DNA from: Actinomycetota bacterium
GTDB lineage: Bacteria; Actinomycetota; Acidimicrobiia; Acidimicrobiales; Ilumatobacteraceae
Reading direction: 5' to 3'
NCBI GenBank assembly: GCA_037131575.1
Contig: JBAXQV010000001.1
Coordinates: 1 to 47,104, forward strand
DNA: 47,104 bases
Position numbers and translations under genes: made by a program. The notes beneath the pieces are model-generated. The model searched no databases. It was given only the letters and a program-made list of their open reading frames with translations, and was not told the DNA's origin. Of the stretch, positions 43,474 through 47,104 are shown one piece after another (position 1 is the stretch's first letter; every line of letters begins with the position of its first letter).

Positions 43474-45119
43474 TAGCGGCGGACCTTCGATTCATTGAGC
43501 CAGGCGCGCAGCACGTTGGCCACTTCCTGCGGGCGCTGGTCGGCGATGACCGACAGTTCGTGCTCGGGGGTAGAGGCCCTCGGAAGCGCTGCCACTGGTG
43601 CGGCGCCGGCCGGTGCTGCCGCCGCGTCGCCACGGTTACCGGCTTCGATGGCCAGCGAGCCGGCCGGTCGAGCCGCTGCCTGCAGTTCGCCGATGTTGAT
43701 GGGAATCGCCGTTTCCCTGCGAGCGCTCTTCGCACTGCGATAGGCGAGGAACAGAGCGATCACGATCACCAGCACGATCACACCGGTGCGGGCCATGCTC
43801 ATCATCTGCGCCTGGCTCGCTGCCGATTCGGCTTCCTTGGCGCTCTTGTCGGCCTCGGTTGCGGTGGTGTTGTCGAACGGCATGCGGGTGATGGTGACGG
43901 CGTCGCCGCGGGCCGAGTCGATACCAGCGGCGGTTGACACCATCTTCTCGATGGCAGCGATCTGGTCGTCTTTCACGGCTGTCTCGTCGATGAGCACGGC
44001 CACGTTGAGGCGGCTGATGGTGCCGGGCACCTTCACGGTTTGCGAGACGGTGCGGTCGAGGGCGTAGGTGCGGTCGACGTCACCCTTCTTGTAGTCGACA
44101 CCGGTACCGGGCACGGTGGAAGCGGTCGCTCCGCCGACGGGCAATGTGGTGGCGGTCACCGGCACGCCGTCGGGCCCGAGCACTCCGGTGGTGGCACCGA
44201 GGGCTGCGTTGCCATAGAGCTCGGTCGAGGTCTTTTCATGCGAGACCTGGCTCGACCCGGGGGTGGTGCCCACCGGTTCGAAGTTCTCGGAAGTCGACTG
44301 CTTCTCGTCGAGGTCGACCTGGGCATTCACCGTGACCGACACCTTGTTCGGCCCGGTCATCTTGCTGAGCATGGCGATGATGCGCGCCGACAGGGTCTTT
44401 TCGATCTCTCCGGCCACCTTGGTACGACTGTTGGTGCCGGTGCCGCCGGTGCTGCCGCCGGCCGAGAGGACGTTGCCATTCGCGTCGACCACGGTCACGT
44501 CCGAGGGCTTCATGTCCTTCACGGCCGATGCCACCAGGTGCACGATTGCCTGCACTTCGTCATCGGGAATCGACCCGTTGGCGCTGCCTGCGATGAGCAC
44601 CGATGCGGTGGGGCTCGAGGGCTGGTCGTTGAACACCGACTGATCGGGCAGGGCGAGGTGCACCGTGGCGCTCTTCACGTCCTTCATGGCCATGAGGGTC
44701 TTGTCGATTTCGCCCTCGAGCGCACGCTGGTAGTCGATGCGTTGACGGAACTCCGACGTGGTGATGCCCTGCTGATCGAGCAATGCATAGCCCTGGTTCG
44801 ACGAGGGCAAGCCCTTACCGGCCATGGTGACACGCAGGTCGTACACATTGGCCTTGGGGACGAGCACGGTGTGGCCTGCATCGGTGAGTTGGTACTGCAC
44901 ACCCTGTGCGCTCAGTGCATCGACCACCGATGAGGTGTCGGCAGAGGCCAGGTCGGTGAAGAGCACACCCATCTCGGTAGAGCCCTTGGTTCGCGACAGC
45001 ACCAGGCTGCCGGCCACCACGGTGAGCACGACAGCGCCGAGGGCCACCTTCTGCAGCGGGGTCATCCGCCCCGCAAGATCCTTCACGCGGATCATCATGT
45101 TCTTGTCGTTCGTTGCCAT
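43473..45119 (-). CDS. fliF: Flagellar MS-ring protein FliF
   Basis: 548 aa. N-terminal TM, YscJ/FliF ring domains, second TM 'GVIVLVIVIALFLAY', C-terminal FliG-binding-type tail 'PQEVANVLRAWL'. Confidence 0.95.
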   Translation of the reverse strand: MATNDKNMMIRVKDLAGRMTPLQKVALGAVVLTVVAGSLVLSRTKGSTEMGVLFTDLASADTSSVVDALSAQGVQYQLTDAGHTVLVPKANVYDLRVTMAGKGLPSSNQGYALLDQQGITTSEFRQRIDYQRALEGEIDKTLMAMKDVKSATVHLALPDQSVFNDQPSSPTASVLIAGSANGSIPDDEVQAIVHLVASAVKDMKPSDVTVVDANGNVLSAGGSTGGTGTNSRTKVAGEIEKTLSARIIAMLSKMTGPNKVSVTVNAQVDLDEKQSTSENFEPVGTTPGSSQVSHEKTSTELYGNAALGATTGVLGPDGVPVTATTLPVGGATASTVPGTGVDYKKGDVDRTYALDRTVSQTVKVPGTISRLNVAVLIDETAVKDDQIAAIEKMVSTAAGIDSARGDAVTITRMPFDNTTATEADKSAKEAESAASQAQMMSMARTGVIVLVIVIALFLAYRSAKSARRETAIPINIGELQAAARPAGSLAIEAGNRGDAAAAPAGAAPVAALPRASTPEHELSVIADQRPQEVANVLRAWLNESKVRR

Positions 45120-45455
45120 TTAGACCTGCATGTGCATGATTTCGTTGAAGGCTTCAACTGCCTTGTTGCGCACCTGCACGGTGAGCTGCGTCATCAGTTG
45201 AGCCTCGGTGGCGGCGATGGTGTAGTCCTGAATCGATTTGAGGTCGCCGGTGGTGGCCTTCACGGCGAGCTGGTCTGCCGTGTTCTGGGCTGCCGATACC
45301 TTGTCGAGTTGGTCGGCGAACACCGATGCGAACGACGAGCCGCCCGTGCTGCCGGCTGCACCACCAGCAGCAGCGGTGGAACCGGTGCCCTGCACGATCG
45401 AGGGCATGATGATCGGCGAGATCCCGCCGATGGGTACGAGTGCCATCAGTGTCAT
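45120..45455 (-). CDS. fliE: Flagellar hook-basal body protein FliE
   Basis: 111 aa. C-terminus 'QLTVQVRNKAVEAFNEIMHMQV' is typical FliE. Position between flgC and fliF. Confidence 0.85.
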   Translation of the reverse strand: MTLMALVPIGGISPIIMPSIVQGTGSTAAAGGAAGSTGGSSFASVFADQLDKVSAAQNTADQLAVKATTGDLKSIQDYTIAATEAQLMTQLTVQVRNKAVEAFNEIMHMQV

Positions 45456-45859
45456 TTCCCGATCGAAAGGATCGCTTCGTAGGCCTGCTTGGCTGCCTGG
45501 AACGAGCTGACGTTTGCCTGGTAGCCGCGTTGGGCGAGTTGCATGTGCACCATCTGCTCGGTCATGTCGACCGACGACTGGCGCACCATGCCCTTGGCAT
45601 CGGCAAGCGGATTATTGGGGTCGGAGATCACACGACCCTGCGGGTCGCCGAAGGTGACCCCCGCGACTCGAACACCGTCACCGATGCCGTCGTCGCCGGT
45701 TGCGGCCTGCACCTGCACGAAGCGTTCTTGGAACGCAGGGTTCGAGGTGCTGGTGATGTTGTCGGCGTTGGCGATGTTGTCGGCAACGGCGTTGAGCCAG
45801 GTCTTGTAGGCGCCCATTCCCGAGGTGGCGACGCTGAGGGCTGAGAACATGTCTGACAT
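45452..45859 (-). CDS. flgC: Flagellar proximal rod protein FlgC
   Basis: 'LSVATSGMGAYKTWLNAVADNIANADN' N-terminus and 'SSVDMTEQMVHMQLAQRGYQANVSSFQAAKQAYEAIL' C-terminus. SD AAGGAGG. Confidence 0.9.
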   Translation of the reverse strand: MSDMFSALSVATSGMGAYKTWLNAVADNIANADNITSTSNPAFQERFVQVQAATGDDGIGDGVRVAGVTFGDPQGRVISDPNNPLADAKGMVRQSSVDMTEQMVHMQLAQRGYQANVSSFQAAKQAYEAILSIGK

Positions 45860-45911
45860 CGAAACCTCCTTCTTGGCCGGTGACTGGTGGCCGGTGGTAC
45901 GTGACTGGTGA

Positions 45912-46268
45912 TTACTGGCCGGTGATGGCTGTGCGCAGGAGCGAGAACTTGTTACCGACGGCCTGTGCCAGGAGGCGCTGACGCAAGAGCGTCTCCTGTT
46001 GCGCCATCAACTCGAAGTCGATGTTCACGTTGTTGCCGTTCATACGGGTGGGGGCGAGCGACTGGTCCACCGACACCTCGGCCCTGGTGGGGTCGCCCGA
46101 GTTCATTGCCGACCGAAGCGAGTCTTCAAAGCTCACCTGCTTGGCGAGATAGCCAGGTGTTTCCACGTTGGCGATGTTGGCGGCGTTGGCCTTCTGCCGA
46201 GCCTCGAGGCTGTTGAGGGCGAACTGCAGGGCGCCGAGTGTGGGGTCGGAGATCGCACCGATACTCAT
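45912..46268 (-). CDS. flgB: Flagellar proximal rod protein FlgB
   Basis: 118 aa from ATG 46268. 'LEARQKANAANIANVETPGYLAKQVSFE' and 'VNIDFELMAQQETLLRQRLLAQ' are typical FlgB. Confidence 0.85.
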   Translation of the reverse strand: MSIGAISDPTLGALQFALNSLEARQKANAANIANVETPGYLAKQVSFEDSLRSAMNSGDPTRAEVSVDQSLAPTRMNGNNVNIDFELMAQQETLLRQRLLAQAVGNKFSLLRTAITGQ

Positions 46269-46365
46269 CGCTGCCGCCAAGTGGTGATCGTCACAGTGAC
46301 AACAGTCCTGAATGTTGCCGATGTGCAAGCAGGTTCTTCGGCGTCACGCTGGAGGACGACGTCGT

Positions 46366-46968
46366 TCACAGCACGCCGAGCGTGTCGCGAATGCGCGCCA
46401 CGGCGGTGCGGATCTGGGCATCCACCAAGAGCGGACCGACCATCGCCACACAGCTGCCTCGCTCGACGCTGCCATCGCCCACCACGGTGATACCTCCCGG
46501 GCGGTCGGAATCCTCGAGCGCCTCGGCCACGAGGGTGCGGTCGGCGGGGTTCACCCGCAACTGGGCCTCACCGCGGTCGGGCGACAGGCTGAGGGCCTTG
46601 CGCGCCGAGGCGATGGAGAGGTCGTCGAAGGCGCGCAGTTCGCAACCGATGATCGACTCGGCCAGTTCCACTGCCAAGGCCACCACCTGTTGTTCGACAT
46701 CTTCGAGCAGTTCCTGGTCGAAGGTGCGCAGTTGCTGGGCGGCCGATACGAGCGTGCGGGCGGCGTGTTCGGCATCGAGCCGAGCGCGACGGTGATGCTC
46801 GACAAGGTTTTCCATCTCGGCCAGTGCCTGCTGACGGCCCTCTTCGCGAGCCTCGTTCAAGGCGCCGACGCCAAGGGTGCCGCGGCTGATGCGGCCGGTG
46901 CCGGCACTGTTCAGCCGGGGTGGCTCGAAACGCATTGGTGCGAGCGGCGTGCGGGCGAGATCGGTCAT
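46366..46968 (-). CDS. fliH: Flagellar export ATPase regulator FliH-like
   Basis: 200 aa. Helical N-half, C-terminal 'LRVNPADRTLV...GGITVVGDGSVERGSCVAMVGPLLVDAQIRTAVARIRDTL' matches the FliH/SctL pattern. ATGA overlap with the upstream ORF. Confidence 0.7.
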   Translation of the reverse strand: MTDLARTPLAPMRFEPPRLNSAGTGRISRGTLGVGALNEAREEGRQQALAEMENLVEHHRRARLDAEHAARTLVSAAQQLRTFDQELLEDVEQQVVALAVELAESIIGCELRAFDDLSIASARKALSLSPDRGEAQLRVNPADRTLVAEALEDSDRPGGITVVGDGSVERGSCVAMVGPLLVDAQIRTAVARIRDTLGVL

Positions 46969-47104
46969 GTGATGTCCTCTTCGTACAGGCGCTCATCGCT
47001 GCGCAGCCACTGATGAATCACATCGGCAACTCGCCCCGGATCCACTTCGGCATAGTGCGCTACCAGGGCCATTGCCTCGTCGAAGGAGCTTGCCTTGGCA
47101 CTGG
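46965..47104 (-). CDS. Partial CDS (3' end only) with FliF-C-terminus-like tail
   Basis: Hand translation of the minus strand gives '...SAKASSFDEAMALVAHYAEVDPGRVADVIHQWLRSDERLYEEDIT*'. The open frame runs to the window edge and the stop overlaps the fliH ATG. 'DPGRVADVIHQWL' resembles the FliG-binding tail of FliF proteins. Confidence 0.4.
   Translation of the reverse strand, partial: SAKASSFDEAMALVAHYAEVDPGRVADVIHQWLRSDERLYEEDIT

Noticed and set aside
46290-46300. GTCAC-A-GTGAC palindrome in the flgB leader and GTGAC-N8-GTCAC at 23307-23324, as a shared operator
   Set aside because: The half-sites are only 5 bp and the spacing and orientation differ between the two. Chance occurrence is likely in GC-rich DNA.

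Overview
High-GC, actinobacterial-style 47.1-kb window in three parts. All family calls come from motif and architecture recognition only; no homology search was run.

(1) 1-13.8 kb: ordinary metabolic and housekeeping genes.
- Metallophosphoesterase, family III CoA-transferase, msrA, a GNAT, a translationally coupled aminotransferase/omega-amidase-like pair, a cupredoxin lipoprotein, cdd, a PlsC-type acyltransferase and psuG.
- A TroA/Znu-type metal ABC importer preceded by a perfect 15-5-15 palindrome.
- A DUF35/thiolase pair and a Gfo/Idh/MocA oxidoreductase.

(2) 13.8-20.6 kb: a regulatory island.
- Two orphan LuxR-type response regulators with non-canonical receiver residues, and a group-3 sigma factor with a clean intrinsic terminator.
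- Three tightly packed ORFs with no recognisable domains, followed by a WhiB-like gene.
- An EAL-HDOD c-di-GMP protein.

(3) 20.6-47.1 kb: a near-complete Gram-positive-type flagellar/T3SS locus.
- Minus strand: flbD-motA-motB-fliL.
- Plus strand: flgN-flgK-flgL.
- Minus strand: flhA, an FlhF-N-domain-like gene and a small membrane gene.
- Plus strand: fliW-csrA, inverted between flhB and flhA.
- Long minus-strand operon: fliH-flgB-flgC-fliE-fliF-fliG-fliI-fliJ-SLT-fliK-flgD-flgE-fliM-fliN-fliO-fliP-fliQ-fliR-flhB.
- Not recognised in the window: L/P-ring genes, flagellin, fliD/fliS, flgM, che genes, histidine kinases, tRNA/rRNA, CRISPR arrays or mobile elements.

Most interesting signals:
- The domain-less three-gene + whiB unit.
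- Its leader and the fliL leader share a parallel architecture: a CCGGACWGT motif, then a hairpin presenting CARGGA in the loop, then a GGA-containing SD. This looks like CsrA-type control.
- The same C(C/A)GGAC(A/T)GT motif sits in five leaders.
- Gene-order departures from the classical superoperon: fliH displaced and preceded by a second FliF-C-terminus-like ORF, an FlhF homologue without a GTPase domain, and a FliM without the CheY-binding peptide.
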